Shown piece by piece: positions 40,681 through 58,075 of a stretch of 64,000 bases of DNA. This stretch comes from an uncultured cyanobacterium (GTDB lineage: Bacteria; Cyanobacteriota; Cyanobacteriia; PCC-6307; Cyanobiaceae). The DNA lies in NCBI GenBank assembly GCA_963697335.1, contig CAVONQ010000018.1, positions 384,001-448,000 on the forward strand. Direction: 5' to 3'. The position numbers and the translations under genes are program-made. Each line of letters begins with the position of its first letter. Position 1 is the stretch's first letter. The notes under the pieces are model-generated. The model was not told the DNA's origin. It searched no databases and worked only from the letters and a program-made list of their open reading frames with translations.

Positions 40681-42756
40681 TCAGGACTTGCCCTGATTCT
40701 TGGAGATGATGGCCTCGGCCACATTGCGAGGAACTTCCTCGTAATGGCTGAACTCCATCGAGAAGATACCCCGACCCTGGGTCATGGATCGGAGCTGGGT
40801 GGCGTAGCCGAACATCTCGGCTAGGGGCACCTTGGACTGGACTTTGGATCGTCCATCATCGATGGACTGTCCTTCGACCTGACCACGGCGAGAGGAAAGG
40901 TCGCCGATCACGGATCCGAGGAAATCCTCAGGGATCTCGACCTCGACCTTCATCATTGGTTCAAGCAGCACAGGATTGCACTTCTTGACGCCGTCTTTGA
41001 AGGCCATGGAGCCGGCGATCTTGAACGCCATCTCAGAAGAGTCGACGTCGTGATAAGAGCCATCCACCATGGTGACCCTCACGTCGATCATGGGGTAGCC
41101 CGCGATCACACCGGATTCGCAAGTTTCCTTCATGCCGGCTTCGGCCGGGCCGATGTACTCCTTGGGCACGATGCCACCAACAATCTTGTTGACGAACTCA
41201 AAGCCTGTGCCCGGTTCGCCGGGCTCCATCTCGATCACGACATGGCCGTACTGGCCCTTGCCGCCCGTTTGACGGGCGAACTTGCCTTCACCCTTGGCGC
41301 TGGCTCGGATCGTTTCCCGGTAGGACACCTGGGGAGCACCGATGTTGGCCTCCACCTTGAACTCGCGCAGCATCCTGTCCACCAGGATCTCCAGGTGGAG
41401 TTCTCCCATGCCGGCGATCACGGTCTGGTTGGTTTCCGGATCGGTTGACACCCTGAAGGTGGGATCCTCTTCCGAGAGCGATTGGAGGGCCTTGGACAGT
41501 TTGTCCATGTCGCCCTTGGTCTTGGGCTCCACGGCCACCGAAATCACGGGCTCGGGGATGTATAGCGACTCGAGGATGATCGGATCGCTGTCCACGCAGA
41601 GGGTGTCGCCGGTGGTGGTGTCCTTGAGGCCGAGCACGGCACCGAGGTCGCCAGCGCGAAGTTCATCCACCTCTTCACGATCATCGGCTTTGAGGATGAT
41701 CAGCCGCGAGATACGCTCCTTTTGGTCCTTGGTGGAGTTCAGGACATAGCTGCCCTTCTGCAGAACGCCGGAGTAAATCCGCACGAAGGTGAGCTTGCCG
41801 AAGGGATCGGCCATCACCTTGAAGGCCAGGGCACTGAAGGGTGCGCTGTCTTCGGCGGGGCGCAGGGCCTCACTGCCATCGGGCAGCAGGCCCTGGATCG
41901 GAGGCACGTCGATCGGGGCGGGGAGATAATCGACCACCGCATCCAGCAGCAGCTGCACGCCTTTGTTCTTGAAGGCAGAGCCACACAGCATGGGCACCAG
42001 GCCGTGCTTGAGCACGCCGGTGCGGATGCCCTTGCGCAGCTGCTCATCGCTGAGCTCGCCGGTTTCGAGAAACACCTCCACCAGATCTTCATCGGTTTCG
42101 GCGACCGACTCCATCAGCTTGTTGCGCCAGTGGGCGGCTTCCTCAGCCATGGAGGCGGGGATGTCGGTCTCCTCGATGTCCTTGCCGAGCTCATCTTTGT
42201 AGATGAACGCCCGGTTCTTGACCAGATCCACGATGCCGCTCAGTTCACCCTCGGCGCCGATCGGCAATTGGATCGGTGCTGCGCTGGCCTTGAGGCGATC
42301 CTTGATCTGCTCGTAGACCTTGAGGAAGTCGGCCCCGGTGCGGTCCATCTTGTTGACGAACACCATGCGGGGGACTTTGTAGCGATCCGCTTGGCGCCAC
42401 ACGGTTTCCGACTGGGGCTGGACGCCGCCCACGGCACAGAAAACGGCGATCACACCGTCGAGCACCCGCATCGAACGCTCCACCTCAATGGTGAAGTCGA
42501 CGTGACCGGGGGTATCGATGATGTTGATGCGGTGGTCTTTCCAACTGGTGGAAATGGCCGCCGCCGTGATCGTGATGCCCCGCTCACGCTCCTGGGCCAT
42601 CCAGTCGGTGACGGCGGCGCCGTCGTGCACCTCGCCGATCTTGTGGACCACCCCGGAGTAAAACAGGATCCGCTCGGTGGTGGTTGTCTTGCCCGCGTCG
42701 ATATGGGCGGCAATGCCGATATTTCTGACGCGTTCCAGTGGAAAGGCGCGAGCCAC
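40681..42756 (-). CDS. fusA: elongation factor G
   Basis: [23 protein letters not shown]. Confidence 0.99.
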   Translation of the reverse strand: MARAFPLERVRNIGIAAHIDAGKTTTTERILFYSGVVHKIGEVHDGAAVTDWMAQERERGITITAAAISTSWKDHRINIIDTPGHVDFTIEVERSMRVLDGVIAVFCAVGGVQPQSETVWRQADRYKVPRMVFVNKMDRTGADFLKVYEQIKDRLKASAAPIQLPIGAEGELSGIVDLVKNRAFIYKDELGKDIEETDIPASMAEEAAHWRNKLMESVAETDEDLVEVFLETGELSDEQLRKGIRTGVLKHGLVPMLCGSAFKNKGVQLLLDAVVDYLPAPIDVPPIQGLLPDGSEALRPAEDSAPFSALAFKVMADPFGKLTFVRIYSGVLQKGSYVLNSTKDQKERISRLIILKADDREEVDELRAGDLGAVLGLKDTTTGDTLCVDSDPIILESLYIPEPVISVAVEPKTKGDMDKLSKALQSLSEEDPTFRVSTDPETNQTVIAGMGELHLEILVDRMLREFKVEANIGAPQVSYRETIRASAKGEGKFARQTGGKGQYGHVVIEMEPGEPGTGFEFVNKIVGGIVPKEYIGPAEAGMKETCESGVIAGYPMIDVRVTMVDGSYHDVDSSEMAFKIAGSMAFKDGVKKCNPVLLEPMMKVEVEIPEDFLGSVIGDLSSRRGQVEGQSIDDGRSKVQSKVPLAEMFGYATQLRSMTQGRGIFSMEFSHYEEVPRNVAEAIISKNQGKS

Positions 42757-42841
42757 GGGGAATGTCTCCGAAGGGTCTACAAAAAACGGTTCGTATCCTA
42801 CTGATCAGCCTGCGGGCCGAGGCCCGAGCACGCTGCCGCGA

Positions 42842-43312
42842 TCAGTAGCGGTAGTGGGCGAAGGCCTTGTTGGCCTCGGCCATCTTGTGGGTCTCTTCCC
42901 GCTTGCGCACGGCGCTGCCGGCCTCGTTGGCGGCATCCATCAGCTCACCGGCGAGCTTCTGGGCCATGCTGCGGCCGTTGCGGGCCCGCGAGAAGTTGAC
43001 CAGCCAGCGCAGGGCCATGGCGGTGCCCCGTTCCTGCCGCACTTCCATCGGCACCTGGTAAGTGGCGCCACCCACGCGGCGGGCCCGCACCTCCACCAGC
43101 GGGGTGGCGTTGCGAACGGCGGTTTCGAACAGCTCCAGGGGATCGGAGCCGGTGCGCTCGTTGATCATCGAGAACGCATCGGAGAGGATGCGCTGGGCCG
43201 TGGACTTCTTGCCGTGCTTCATCAGCCGGGCCACGATCATCGAGGCCAGGCGGCTGTTGAACTGGGGATCGGGCAGGATCGGTCGCTTTTCGGCGGCGTT
43301 GCGGCGGGACAT
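42842..43312 (-). CDS. rpsG: 30S ribosomal protein S7
   Basis: [24 protein letters not shown]. Confidence 0.99.
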   Translation of the reverse strand: MSRRNAAEKRPILPDPQFNSRLASMIVARLMKHGKKSTAQRILSDAFSMINERTGSDPLELFETAVRNATPLVEVRARRVGGATYQVPMEVRQERGTAMALRWLVNFSRARNGRSMAQKLAGELMDAANEAGSAVRKREETHKMAEANKAFAHYRY

Positions 43313-43398
43313 CGGGATTGCGAGGTGCTGGGAGAATCAAGGGGACCCGGCAGGAGGGGGCCGGCCCTGGGCCGTGCCTGTCGCCTGCTGGGGTCAGG

Positions 43399-43773
<375 letters not shown>

Positions 43774-43842
43774 CGAGGGCCGGAGAAGACAGGTCGGACG
43801 TCCGACCGATTGCGACAATCCGCCACCTTACTGGGTCGCCCG

Positions 43843-44184
43843 TCACCGCTCCGTTGAGCGGCTGAAGGCGGCACCGCAGGCGCAGCTCGCAACCCCGTCG
43901 ACGGGGCGCACCAGGAAGCCGCCGCCGCTCAGGTCACCGCGGTAGTCGAGGGTGAGGCCGGTGAGCAGCTCCTGCTGCTCGGCCGGGGCGTAGAGGGTCA
44001 CCCCGTCGGCCCGGGCGATCGGCACCCCCGCCAGGTGGCCGGGGCGCACCCGGATGGTCCAGCGGGCACAGCCACCGTCCACAAGATCCAGATGGATCAG
44101 GCCGGGGGTGCCGGCCACGGCCGCCTGGCGCCCCAGCTCGGCGGCGGCCCTGGCCGAGAGGCGCAGGCTATGGCCCTTGGGCAT
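43843..44184 (-). CDS. HesB/IscA-like Fe-S assembly family protein
   Basis: GGC, LDY..DLSGGGF, CACGAAF. Confidence 0.75.
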   Translation of the reverse strand: MPKGHSLRLSARAAAELGRQAAVAGTPGLIHLDLVDGGCARWTIRVRPGHLAGVPIARADGVTLYAPAEQQELLTGLTLDYRGDLSGGGFLVRPVDGVASCACGAAFSRSTER

Positions 44185-44234
44185 CGAGAGCATTCGGTGC
44201 GATCAGCCCAGTGTGACAGGGGCGGATCCCGGTT

Positions 44235-46064
44235 TCAGGGGACCAGGCCCACACCGTTGTGCACCGAACCGGCCACGCCGCGGCCCTTGACCTGGTGGCT
44301 GCCGCCCAGCACCAGGCCGGTGGAGCTGCCGCCGTCCAGATTGAGGGCATCGCGCAGGCCCAGGCCCAACAGCAACTGGGCGGCCTTGCCCAGCGTGGGC
44401 CCACTGTCGTTCACCCCCTCGAGGGTGATCAGCCACACCTCGCGGCCATCGCTGCCCAGCACCGTGCGAGGCGCCCCCTGGCGCAGAAAGCTGGCACTGA
44501 AGGTCTCGGCGGCCCCGTTCAGCACCACCCGCCCGCCCTGCAGCAGCAGCGGCCCACCCCCCACCACCTGGGGCTTGGCGCCGAGAGCTTCGCTGGGGCG
44601 GCTGCTGAGCTCCAGGCGGTTGCCGGGGGTCCAGGGCAGGGTGACCCCACCCCGTCCCACCAGCAGGGTCTCGCCGGGCCGGATGGCCACGCCCTGGGCC
44701 AGTTCAGGGCTGCTCAGCCGCCGCACCACCAGGCCGTCGGGCCCGAGCAGCAGGGCTGTCTCCGAGCCACTCAACGCCCTGTAGACGGTGCCCCAGTCGG
44801 CCGTGTAGCGGCTGACGCCGCGCTGCACGAAGCCGCTGTTCACCACCACAATTGGCAGGCGCGGCCCGCCGGAGCCGCTCACCCATTCCTCAAGCCGCAG
44901 CCGGCCGAAGCTGGGCAATTCCCGGCCACTCCAAGCGGCGACGCCGCGGCCGAGGATCGGCCCGGAGAGCCAGCGGCCATCACGCTTGAGGGCCCCAAGG
45001 GGCAGGCGCCGCACCCGGTTGAAGTAGCCGCCATTGATGGCCACCACAGCCTGGGTCTGGCCGGCCAGCTGGGTCAGGGAGCTCAGCCCCTCCATCGGGC
45101 CGGGGCGCACCAGAGGCCGCAGCTGCAGAGGGGCCGTGCGGGGGTCGATCCGCACGGCATTGATGCGCACCCCATCGCGCACAAGCCGATCCCAGCGCAG
45201 GCTGCGTCCCACCATCGCCAGCACCTGCGGGTCGATCGCCGCCGGCGGCGCGGCGCCCGTGCCCGCCGGGCCGCTGGCGGGAATGTCGATCACCAGGCGG
45301 CTGGGGTCGCCGAGGCTGAAGCTGCGGTTCACGGAGCCGCTGCGGGGCCGCACCGCCACGCCCCGCCCGGCACGCCGCACCACCAGGCCAAGGTTCTGAA
45401 GTTCGCTCAGTTGGGTGGGGCCCAGGTCCACATCCAGCAGCAGGTCAGCACCGCTGCTGCGCACCAGCGCCGGTCCCCCCAGATCCAGCACCAGCCGCCG
45501 CACGCCGGGCTGGCTGCCGCCGCGCACCCGCAGCACCTGGGCCGCCGGCAGGGTCAGTGCCAGTTGACCTCGCTGCAGGGCCACTGCGACCCCCACGGCC
45601 CGCAGCAGGGGCATGGCATCCACGGCCACCTCGTCCTCGAGGCTGCGCTGCTGGGCCGGGGGCACCAGCAACGGCTGGCCGAACCACTCCAGATCCAGGC
45701 TGCCGTCCGGGCGGCTACGGCTGCTCACCCCCAGCTGGTTCTGCAGCACCTCCAGGGGAATCCAGAGCTGCTGCGGTGGACCGGCCTCGGCTCCGAGCCA
45801 GCGCCAGAGGGCCTGCTGTGGCTGGCCGTTGATGCTGATGCTGCTGCCCTGGCGCTCAGCAGCCGTGGCTGCCGACGGGCGCGCAGCCGGAGCCTGGGGC
45901 AGGGGCGGCGGTGGCTGGCGCGGGGCAGCTTGCACGGCTGCCGGTCCCGCAGCTTGGGTTGGCAGCAGCAGGGCGACCATGGCGATCGCGCCGCCGATCC
46001 GCCACGGCCCCCGGGGGCGCCTTGGGCGTGGCTGTGGCGGCCGGCTCGCTCTGACGGAATCCAT
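44235..46064 (-). CDS. phosphodiester glycosidase (NAGPA) family exported protein
   Basis: AINGGYFN, GGGPLLL, APRT, ALNLDGGSST; start uncertain. Confidence 0.85.
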   Translation of the reverse strand: MDSVRASRPPQPRPRRPRGPWRIGGAIAMVALLLPTQAAGPAAVQAAPRQPPPPLPQAPAARPSAATAAERQGSSISINGQPQQALWRWLGAEAGPPQQLWIPLEVLQNQLGVSSRSRPDGSLDLEWFGQPLLVPPAQQRSLEDEVAVDAMPLLRAVGVAVALQRGQLALTLPAAQVLRVRGGSQPGVRRLVLDLGGPALVRSSGADLLLDVDLGPTQLSELQNLGLVVRRAGRGVAVRPRSGSVNRSFSLGDPSRLVIDIPASGPAGTGAAPPAAIDPQVLAMVGRSLRWDRLVRDGVRINAVRIDPRTAPLQLRPLVRPGPMEGLSSLTQLAGQTQAVVAINGGYFNRVRRLPLGALKRDGRWLSGPILGRGVAAWSGRELPSFGRLRLEEWVSGSGGPRLPIVVVNSGFVQRGVSRYTADWGTVYRALSGSETALLLGPDGLVVRRLSSPELAQGVAIRPGETLLVGRGGVTLPWTPGNRLELSSRPSEALGAKPQVVGGGPLLLQGGRVVLNGAAETFSASFLRQGAPRTVLGSDGREVWLITLEGVNDSGPTLGKAAQLLLGLGLRDALNLDGGSSTGLVLGGSHQVKGRGVAGSVHNGVGLVP

Positions 46065-46247
46065 CCAGGCCGTGCATGCCAGCCGAAGCTAGCCCTGCCG
46101 CCTAACTGTGCTGTCTCAACCTTTCTGGGCGACAGGGATCCCTAAGATCAAAAACCCTGCTGTCAAGGCTCGGTTGCCGCACGTCCCCCCGGGGCGGTTG
46201 GCCCACCGGTCGGCCGGCTGACATCCCTATTCCAGAAGCCCTGGGCT

Positions 46248-50858
<4,611 letters not shown>

Positions 50859-50888
50859 ACGAGAGAGCAGCCGGGCAGCGGCCCCGGT

Positions 50889-51758
50889 TCAGCGGGGGTG
50901 ACGCGCCATCAGGGCCCGCACCTCTCCGGCGTGATAACTGCTGCGGGTCAAGGGGCTGCTCACCACTTGCAGGAAGCCCAGGTCACCCTCGCCCTGGCGC
51001 CGATAGGCCTCGAACTGGGCGGGGCTCACAAACCGATCCACTGGAAGATGCTTCGGCCCTGGGCAGAGGTACTGGCCGATCGTCACGATGTCCACTGCCT
51101 GGGCGCGCAAATCCCCCAGCACGGTCAGCACCTCGTCATCGTTTTCGCCCAGCCCCACCATCAGCCCGGATTTTGAGTAGGTGCCTGGCCACCCCTGCTT
51201 CACCCGCTGCAGCAGCTCCAGAGACCGTCCGTACAGCCCCTGGGGTCGCACCGTCTTGTACAGGCGCGGCACCGTTTCGATGTTGTGGTTCAGCACATCG
51301 GGTGCTGCGGCCATCACCGTCCCCAGGGCCTGCCAGTCGCCACAGAAATCCGGGATCAGCAGTTCAATCGTGGTGCGGGGGGAGCGTTGGCGTACCTGGT
51401 CCATGCAGGCCACGAACTGGCTTGCCCCGCCGTCAGCCAGGTCGTCACGGTTCACCGAGGTGATCACCACATGGCTGAGGCCGAGCCGGGCCACCGCCTC
51501 TCCCAGCCGCTCCGGCTCGCTGGGGTCAAGGGCCCGCACGCTCTTGTCGAAGTCGATGTCGCAGTAGGGGCAGGCCCTGGTGCAGCCAGGGCCCATGATC
51601 AAGAAGGTGGCGGTTCCCCCGGCGAAGCATTCGCCGATGTTCGGGCAGCTGGCCTCCTGGCAGACCGTGTTGAGCTTCAGATCCTGCAGTAGTTCCGCCA
51701 CCTCGCCGATGCGCTCCCGCTGGGGGGCCTTGACGCGCAGCCACTCGGGTTTCAGCAA
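50889..51758 (-). CDS. lipA: lipoyl synthase
   Basis: [33 protein letters not shown]. Confidence 0.97.
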   Translation of the reverse strand: MLKPEWLRVKAPQRERIGEVAELLQDLKLNTVCQEASCPNIGECFAGGTATFLIMGPGCTRACPYCDIDFDKSVRALDPSEPERLGEAVARLGLSHVVITSVNRDDLADGGASQFVACMDQVRQRSPRTTIELLIPDFCGDWQALGTVMAAAPDVLNHNIETVPRLYKTVRPQGLYGRSLELLQRVKQGWPGTYSKSGLMVGLGENDDEVLTVLGDLRAQAVDIVTIGQYLCPGPKHLPVDRFVSPAQFEAYRRQGEGDLGFLQVVSSPLTRSSYHAGEVRALMARHPR

Positions 51759-51896
51759 GGGGGCAGACCGGCCCGGAGCAGACCGCAGCAGTGCCCCCTT
51801 ACTCTAGAAAGAGGGTCGCTCCAGAGGCCAGGCTGCCGCTGCCGGCCCCCTCAGCCGCCTTCTGAGCCGTCGGCGGTCCTCTAAAGTCCTGCCCAT

Positions 51897-51970
51897 CGGG
51901 ATGTAGCGCAGCTTGGTAGCGCACTTCGTTCGGGACGAAGGGGCCGCAGGTTCGAATCCTGTCATCCCGA
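51897..51970 (+). tRNA. tRNA-Pro(CGG)
   Basis: CGGGATG...CATCCCG acceptor stem; anticodon arm CTTCG-TTCGGGA-CGAAG; GGTTCGAATCC. Confidence 0.95.
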
Positions 51971-51977
51971 CTTTGCC

Positions 51978-53834
51978 TCAGCTCAGCTCGGCTCCCGGGT
52001 AGCCCCTGGGCGTCACCATGCGGCCGTCACAGCAGTAGCTGGTGCTGTTCCCCACCAGCACCAGGGTAAGCATGTCCACCGTCTCGATCGGCAGCTCGCC
52101 GAGGGTGTGCAGGCTCACCTGCTCATCCGCACGCCCCAGCTGCCGGGCGATCACCACCGGGGTGCTGGCGGGCCTGGCGGCCAGCAGGATCGCCCTGGCC
52201 TGCCCAAGCTGCCAGTCGCGGTCTCGGGAGCGGGGGTTGTAGAGCGCCACCACGAAATCCCCTGCGGCCGCGCTCCGCAAGCGCTGCTCAATCACCGGCC
52301 ATGGGGTGAGCCGGTCGCTGAGGCTGACGGTGCAGAAATCATGCATCAAGGGGGCTCCCGCCAGGGCCGCCGCCAGTTGGAGTGCCGAGATCCCCGGGTG
52401 CACCGTGAAGGAGGGGCGGGCATCGCCCGCTTGCTCCAGCCACAGCTCCAGGGCCAGACCGGCCATGGCATAGATGCCGCTGTCTCCCGAGGACACCAGG
52501 GCCACGCTTACTCCCTGGTTGGCCAGGTCCAGGGCCAGGCGGCAGCGCTGGCGCTCCTCCGTGAGGCGCCCGTCCAGGCGCAGCTGATCGGGCCTACGCA
52601 GGGGCTCGAGCAGGTCGAGGTAGAGCCCGTAGCCCACCCAGACGCTGGCCTCGGCCAGGGCACGGCGCCCGTCCGGGGTGAGCAGATCCAGCCGCCCCGG
52701 ACCGCTGCCCACCAGGTGCAGGTGGCCCCGTTGGGGAGCCCACTGCTGCTTGGCCAGGGCAATGGCCAGGGTGGCGGCACCCCGTTCCCCAGGGTTGGCC
52801 CGTTCGATCACCTTGGCCTGAAGCAGCTGGGCGCCGGTCCCCGCCGCCAGCAGGGCAGAGGCTTCGGCCACGCTGGCGGTGCCCATCTCGGCGGCCACCA
52901 CGGCCGATGGCGTGGGCACCGCTACGGCGCTCAGGGCGGCGGCCGACAGCCAGCGCAGCGGCCAGTTGCGTTGGCGGGCCAGCTCCAGCAGGGCCGGTTC
53001 ATCGGCCTTGCGGTCGATGCTGGCCAGCCCGGCGATGGCCTCCTCCGCCAGGTTGAGGCCCTGCAGTTGCTGGTTCACCAGCCGCTCCAGCAGGGCCAGG
53101 CTGGTGTGGCGTTCGCAGCCGATCCCGAGCCACAGCCCCGGTGGGTGCCAGCGGCAGCCGGGTCCGCGCTGCACGGTGATCAGCAGCTGGTTCGCCGGAT
53201 CGCCGTCGCTGGGGGCCAAGGCTTGAACTGGCGGCAGACTGCGGCTGGCCTCGAGCTCCAGCCAGCAGCGAATGCCCTGGTTTTGCTGGAGCACCAGCTG
53301 GCTGGGATCCCGGGCCGCTCGCTGCATCAGGGCGCTCCAATCGCCCCCGGGGCCGCGCCGCCAGCCCCATCGTGTCCCGAACTGATCAAGGGCCAGGGTT
53401 CCCGTGCCGCTGCTGCTGCCTGTACGCACCACCTGGCCTCCGAGCAGGGCGGCGACCCGCTCGGCCAGGGCCTCGGCTCCGGCTGCGTGGGCTCCCAGCA
53501 GGGGAATGGCGAACTGGCCCTGGGGATCAAGCACCACCACGGCGGGATCATGGTGCTTGTCCACCAGCAGGGGCGCCACCAGCCGCAGCACCAGGCCACA
53601 GGCTCCCACCACCACAAAGCCGCGGGCCCGCGGCCACTGCTGCTGCAGGGAGGCCCGGGGGCCGGGGGCGTCGTTGCTGCCCACGCGGTGGGCGATCAGG
53701 CCCGCCGCCAGCAGCTGGACCAGTAGCCGATCCCCGTCCTGGCTGAAGCTCAGCCCCCAGACCCCTTCAGGTGCTGCAGCGACGTCCGGCGCCGCCACGA
53801 TCGCGGCCCTGATCGCTTCGCTCACGGGTTCCAC
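51978..53834 (-). CDS. cobJ: bifunctional CbiG / precorrin-3B C17-methyltransferase
   Basis: [27 protein letters not shown] (CbiG); [28 protein letters not shown] (CobJ/CbiH). Confidence 0.9.
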   Translation of the reverse strand: MEPVSEAIRAAIVAAPDVAAAPEGVWGLSFSQDGDRLLVQLLAAGLIAHRVGSNDAPGPRASLQQQWPRARGFVVVGACGLVLRLVAPLLVDKHHDPAVVVLDPQGQFAIPLLGAHAAGAEALAERVAALLGGQVVRTGSSSGTGTLALDQFGTRWGWRRGPGGDWSALMQRAARDPSQLVLQQNQGIRCWLELEASRSLPPVQALAPSDGDPANQLLITVQRGPGCRWHPPGLWLGIGCERHTSLALLERLVNQQLQGLNLAEEAIAGLASIDRKADEPALLELARQRNWPLRWLSAAALSAVAVPTPSAVVAAEMGTASVAEASALLAAGTGAQLLQAKVIERANPGERGAATLAIALAKQQWAPQRGHLHLVGSGPGRLDLLTPDGRRALAEASVWVGYGLYLDLLEPLRRPDQLRLDGRLTEERQRCRLALDLANQGVSVALVSSGDSGIYAMAGLALELWLEQAGDARPSFTVHPGISALQLAAALAGAPLMHDFCTVSLSDRLTPWPVIEQRLRSAAAGDFVVALYNPRSRDRDWQLGQARAILLAARPASTPVVIARQLGRADEQVSLHTLGELPIETVDMLTLVLVGNSTSYCCDGRMVTPRGYPGAELS

Positions 53835-55411
53835 CGCTGGCGCAGCTTGGTCCAGGGGGCCTGGCGCTCAGCTGTGGTCAAGCCGCCGTCGGCCTGGATC
53901 GGCTCCCGGTCGGATGCAGCGGCCGGCCTGCGGTCCTGCTGCGCGCTGGCCGGCCGCGGCTGGTCATCCGGTACGCGCTGCTCGATCGGCTCTGGCGGCG
54001 GGATCGGCTCTCCAGGCTCGCTCTGCCCTGCTTGCCTGCTCTGCTCTGGGCGGCCCGCTCGCTCAGGCTGGCCGGCCTGATCAGCAGCCGCACCGAGGGT
54101 TGGAGGGAGGGTCTGCATGATTGTCCCGTCGTCGTCGCCGTCGTCAGGTTCCCCAGCGGTCTCAGTTTCATCCGGGGGCGCCGCCTTGGCGGGGCTCTGC
54201 TGAGCGGGCGTTGGCTCAGATGCAGGCACCGCCGTCAGGCCCGCGCCGGGCGGCCTGACCCTGGTCTGCTGATCAGAAAGTTGGCTTGCTCGGCTGGCTG
54301 TGGCCTCAGCATTGCTGGAGGCCGGCTCGACGGGCTGCTCCCCCAGGAGCTCGGCCAGGTGCTGGGCGCTCAGGGATGGGGCTTCCCAGGCAGCGGCAGG
54401 AGCCAGCGGGTCGATCCACACCTCCCGCACCAGGCTGTTGAAGGGCGGATTCAGGGGCGCCCCCTGGCCATCCACCAGCTCCAGCAACACCGCGTTGGAG
54501 CCGCTGTGCCAGCCCCTGAGCCAGAGGGGGGTGCTGTCATCCACCAGAAAGCTGTCGCCGTTCACTGTGATGCGCAGCCGCCAGCTCCCATCCCCCGGCC
54601 GCAGCCCCTGCAGCGGGGCATCCCTCAGCAGCCAGTCCACCAGCACGGGTTCGTGCCTGGCGTTCGCCATCGCGGCCGTGGGGATCAACTGGGGGCTGCC
54701 TGGGGCCGGTTGGCTGAGGGAGTTGCTGGCAACCCGTGCCAGCCGGATCTGGTCAAAGGCGCCGGGGGCTTTTGCCGCCTCTCCCCAGGGCCTGGCGGCA
54801 TAGGCACTGATGCGGTGGCTGCCGGCGCCCAGCTCCGGCAGCTCCACCCGGAGGGTGGTGGCCCCTGGGGCTGGAGCTTGGCTGAGGCGGATCGGGTCCC
54901 GATCGTCGATCTGAACCACCACATGGGCGCCCAGCCCCAGGGCGCCCGCATCGGTCAGGGGCCAGTCCCGCACAGCCAGCTCGAGGGTCCAGGGCCCTCC
55001 CTCCAGCAGGCTGTTGTCGGCAGGGGCCTGAATCCGCACCCCTGGCTGATACCGCGCCAGGGCTGTCTGCAGCTGGCTCACGGCTCCCGGAGGCGGCACT
55101 TCTTGCAGCCGGCCCGATGGCGCCATCCGGCTGATCGGCTCAGGTGCCATCGCCTGGGGGCTGGCCCGCAGGGCACGGGTGCCACAGGCAGTGGTCAGCA
55201 GAGAAACCAGCAGCAGGGCAAGGGCCAGCTGGCTGCAGTGTTCCGCGATCCTGGCCAGACACCTGGCCGCAGGCCGGAACCGCCCGTCTGTGATCACCTG
55301 AGCCCTCACCTTGTCTGGCTCCCAGCAAGCGTGCCCGCATTCTGCTGGCCGGGGGCGAAGGAAACCCTCTGGGTTGTCGACGGACTTCTTTCTGGGACAA
55401 CGATGTAACAA
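53822..55411 (-). CDS. conserved hypothetical (lipo)protein with low-complexity C-terminus
   Basis: Lipobox-like LLTTAC, LQEVPPP, PWGEA.K, PLNPPFN patterns; true start probably downstream of the ORF start. Confidence 0.6.
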   Translation of the reverse strand: MLHRCPRKKSVDNPEGFLRPRPAECGHACWEPDKVRAQVITDGRFRPAARCLARIAEHCSQLALALLLVSLLTTACGTRALRASPQAMAPEPISRMAPSGRLQEVPPPGAVSQLQTALARYQPGVRIQAPADNSLLEGGPWTLELAVRDWPLTDAGALGLGAHVVVQIDDRDPIRLSQAPAPGATTLRVELPELGAGSHRISAYAARPWGEAAKAPGAFDQIRLARVASNSLSQPAPGSPQLIPTAAMANARHEPVLVDWLLRDAPLQGLRPGDGSWRLRITVNGDSFLVDDSTPLWLRGWHSGSNAVLLELVDGQGAPLNPPFNSLVREVWIDPLAPAAAWEAPSLSAQHLAELLGEQPVEPASSNAEATASRASQLSDQQTRVRPPGAGLTAVPASEPTPAQQSPAKAAPPDETETAGEPDDGDDDGTIMQTLPPTLGAAADQAGQPERAGRPEQSRQAGQSEPGEPIPPPEPIEQRVPDDQPRPASAQQDRRPAAASDREPIQADGGLTTAERQAPWTKLRQRWNP

Positions 55412-55559
55412 AGCACCTGGAAAGTGTTCGGATCTCGTGTCTCTAACTGCCCTAGAGACCCCAGTGCTGGCCTGGGAAAGCGCCGGATTGAACCTTTGTA
55501 ACTGGGCGCCCAGGGGGCATGGATTTGGCCCTTATAGTGCCGCCAGCGGTCCCCTACCT

Positions 55560-55752
55560 GGGGCCCAAAGCCCCAGCCATGGCAACGGATCTCGCGGCTT
55601 CGCGAGCCTGCTGCCGGCTGGAGCCCATGACCGGTCCGGCTCCGGCAGGTCCAGTCATGGGGCCCATCTGTCATCGATCTCCGCCCCGTGCGGATGCGAT
55701 GGCTTCCAGGGGTGGATCACCACCTCGACCCCGTCCCTCGAGGAACGTCTCG
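55560..55752 (+). promoter_or_regulatory. structured psaA 5' leader (candidate psaA RNA motif)
   Basis: Hairpins CTCGCG-GCTT-CGCGAG and CATGAC...GTCATG upstream of psaA; a psaA leader motif is known in picocyanobacteria; boundaries approximate. Confidence 0.4.
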
Positions 55753-58056
55753 ATGACCATCAGCCCACCAGAGCGTGGGGAAAAGGCCAAGGCCATGGTC
55801 GACCGGAACCCCGTTCCGGTCTCGTTCGAGCTTTTTGAAAAGCCCGGACACTTCGACCGAACCCTGGCCAAAGGTCCCAAAACCACCACCTGGGTTTGGA
55901 ACCTCCACGCCAACGCTCACGATTTCGACAGCCACACGAGCGACCTCGAAGAGGTCTCTCGCAAAATCTTCTCGGCTCACTTCGGCCATCTGGCCGTCAT
56001 CTTCATCTGGCTGAGCGGTGCCTTCTTCCACGGCGCCCGCTTCTCCAACTACACCGGCTGGCTGGCTGACCCTCTTCACGTCAAGCCTTCAGCCCAGGTG
56101 GTCTGGCCCATCTTTGGCCAGGAAATTCTCAATGGCGATGTGGGTGCCGGCTTCCACGGCATTCAGATCACCTCCGGACTCTTCCATGTGTGGAGGGCCT
56201 GGGGCTTCACCAATGAGTTCCAATTGCTTTGCACGGCAATCGGCGCTCTGGTGATGGCCGGCCTGATGCTCAACGCCGGCGTCTTCCATTACCACAAAGC
56301 TGCCCCCAAGCTCGAGTGGTTCCAGAACGTTGAGTCGATGCTCAACCACCATCTGGCTGGACTGCTGGGCCTCGGCTCCCTGTCCTGGACAGGACACCTG
56401 CTGCATGTGTCCCTGCCCACCACGGCCCTGATGGATGCGATTGATGCCGGCCAACCGCTGGCCATCAACGGCAAGACCATCGCCTCCTATGCCGACATCC
56501 CGCTGCCCCACGAGTTCATCAACCAGGATGTGCTCTCGCAGCTCTATCCAGGATTCGGTGCCGGTATCTCCGCCTTCTTCACCGGTAATTGGGCGGCCTA
56601 CAGCGATTTCCTCACCTTTAAGGGTGGTTTGAATCCTGTGACAGGCAGCCTCTGGATGACAGACATTGCGCATCACCACCTGGCGATCGCCGTGCTGTTC
56701 ATTGTGGCGGGCCACATGTACCGCACCAACTGGGGTATTGGCCACAGCATCAAAGAAATCCTCGAAGGTCAGAAGGGCGACCCCCTGCTGTTCCCGGCCC
56801 CCAAGGGCCACGATGGTCTGTTTGAGTTCATGACTACCAGCTGGCATGCCCAGCTCGGCGTGAACCTGGCCCTGCTCGGCTCGCTGACCATCATCGTGGC
56901 GCATCACATGTATGCGATGCCGCCCTATCCCTACATCGGGATTGATTACCCCACTCAGGTTTCACTCTTCACCCACCACATGTGGATTGGAGGTTTCCTG
57001 ATCGTTGGCGCCGGTGCCCACGCTGCCATTGCCATGGTGCGTGACTATGACCCGGCCAAACACATCGATAACGTGTTGGATCGCGTCCTCAAGGCCCGCG
57101 ATGCCCTGATCAGTCACCTGAACTGGGTGTGCATCTTCCTGGGCTTTCACAGCTTCGGGTTCTACGTCCACAACGACACCATGCGTGCCCTGGGCCGGCC
57201 CCAGGACATGTTCAGCGACTCCGCCATTGCCCTGAAGCCCATCTTCGCGCAGTGGATCCAGGGTCTGCACGCCGCTGCAGCCGGCAGCACCGCTCCCAAC
57301 GCCCTCGCCGGTGTCAGTGAAGTGTTCAATGGCGCCGTGGTGGCGGTGGGTGGCAAGGTTGCCGCTGCGCCGATCCCCCTGGGCACGGCGGACTTCATGG
57401 TCCACCACATCCACGCCTTCACGATCCACGTCACCGTGCTGATCCTGCTGAAGGGTGTGCTCTACAGCCGCAGCTCCCGCCTCGTTCCCGACAAGGCGAA
57501 CCTCGGTTTCCGCTTCCCCTGCGACGGCCCCGGCCGTGGCGGTACTTGCCAGGTGTCGGCTTGGGACCACGTGTTCCTCGGCCTGTTCTGGATGTACAAC
57601 TCCCTGTCGATCGTGATCTTCCACTTCTCCTGGAAGATGCAGAGCGACGTGTGGGGCACCGTCAATGCTGACGGCACCGTCCAGCACATCACCAACGGCA
57701 ATTTTGCCCAGAGTGCCATCACCATCAATGGTTGGCTGCGTGACTTCCTGTGGGCCCAGGCCGCTCAGGTGATCAACAGCTATGGCTCGAGCTCCAGTGC
57801 CTATGGCCTGATGTTCCTGGGTGCCCACTTCATCTGGGCCTTCAGCCTGATGTTCCTGTTCAGTGGCCGCGGCTACTGGCAAGAGCTGATTGAGTCCATC
57901 GTCTGGGCTCACAACAAGCTGAAGGTGGCGCCGGCCATTCAGCCCCGCGCCCTTTCCATCACCCAGGGCCGTGCCGTGGGTGTCGCCCATTACCTGCTGG
58001 GCGGCATCGCGACCACTTGGTCCTTCTTCCTGGCCCGCATGATTGCGGTCGGCTGA
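55753..58056 (+). CDS. psaA: photosystem I P700 apoprotein A1
   Basis: [26 protein letters not shown]. Confidence 0.99.
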   Translation: MTISPPERGEKAKAMVDRNPVPVSFELFEKPGHFDRTLAKGPKTTTWVWNLHANAHDFDSHTSDLEEVSRKIFSAHFGHLAVIFIWLSGAFFHGARFSNYTGWLADPLHVKPSAQVVWPIFGQEILNGDVGAGFHGIQITSGLFHVWRAWGFTNEFQLLCTAIGALVMAGLMLNAGVFHYHKAAPKLEWFQNVESMLNHHLAGLLGLGSLSWTGHLLHVSLPTTALMDAIDAGQPLAINGKTIASYADIPLPHEFINQDVLSQLYPGFGAGISAFFTGNWAAYSDFLTFKGGLNPVTGSLWMTDIAHHHLAIAVLFIVAGHMYRTNWGIGHSIKEILEGQKGDPLLFPAPKGHDGLFEFMTTSWHAQLGVNLALLGSLTIIVAHHMYAMPPYPYIGIDYPTQVSLFTHHMWIGGFLIVGAGAHAAIAMVRDYDPAKHIDNVLDRVLKARDALISHLNWVCIFLGFHSFGFYVHNDTMRALGRPQDMFSDSAIALKPIFAQWIQGLHAAAAGSTAPNALAGVSEVFNGAVVAVGGKVAAAPIPLGTADFMVHHIHAFTIHVTVLILLKGVLYSRSSRLVPDKANLGFRFPCDGPGRGGTCQVSAWDHVFLGLFWMYNSLSIVIFHFSWKMQSDVWGTVNADGTVQHITNGNFAQSAITINGWLRDFLWAQAAQVINSYGSSSSAYGLMFLGAHFIWAFSLMFLFSGRGYWQELIESIVWAHNKLKVAPAIQPRALSITQGRAVGVAHYLLGGIATTWSFFLARMIAVG

Positions 58057-58075
58057 CCTTTCCTGACCTTTCCCA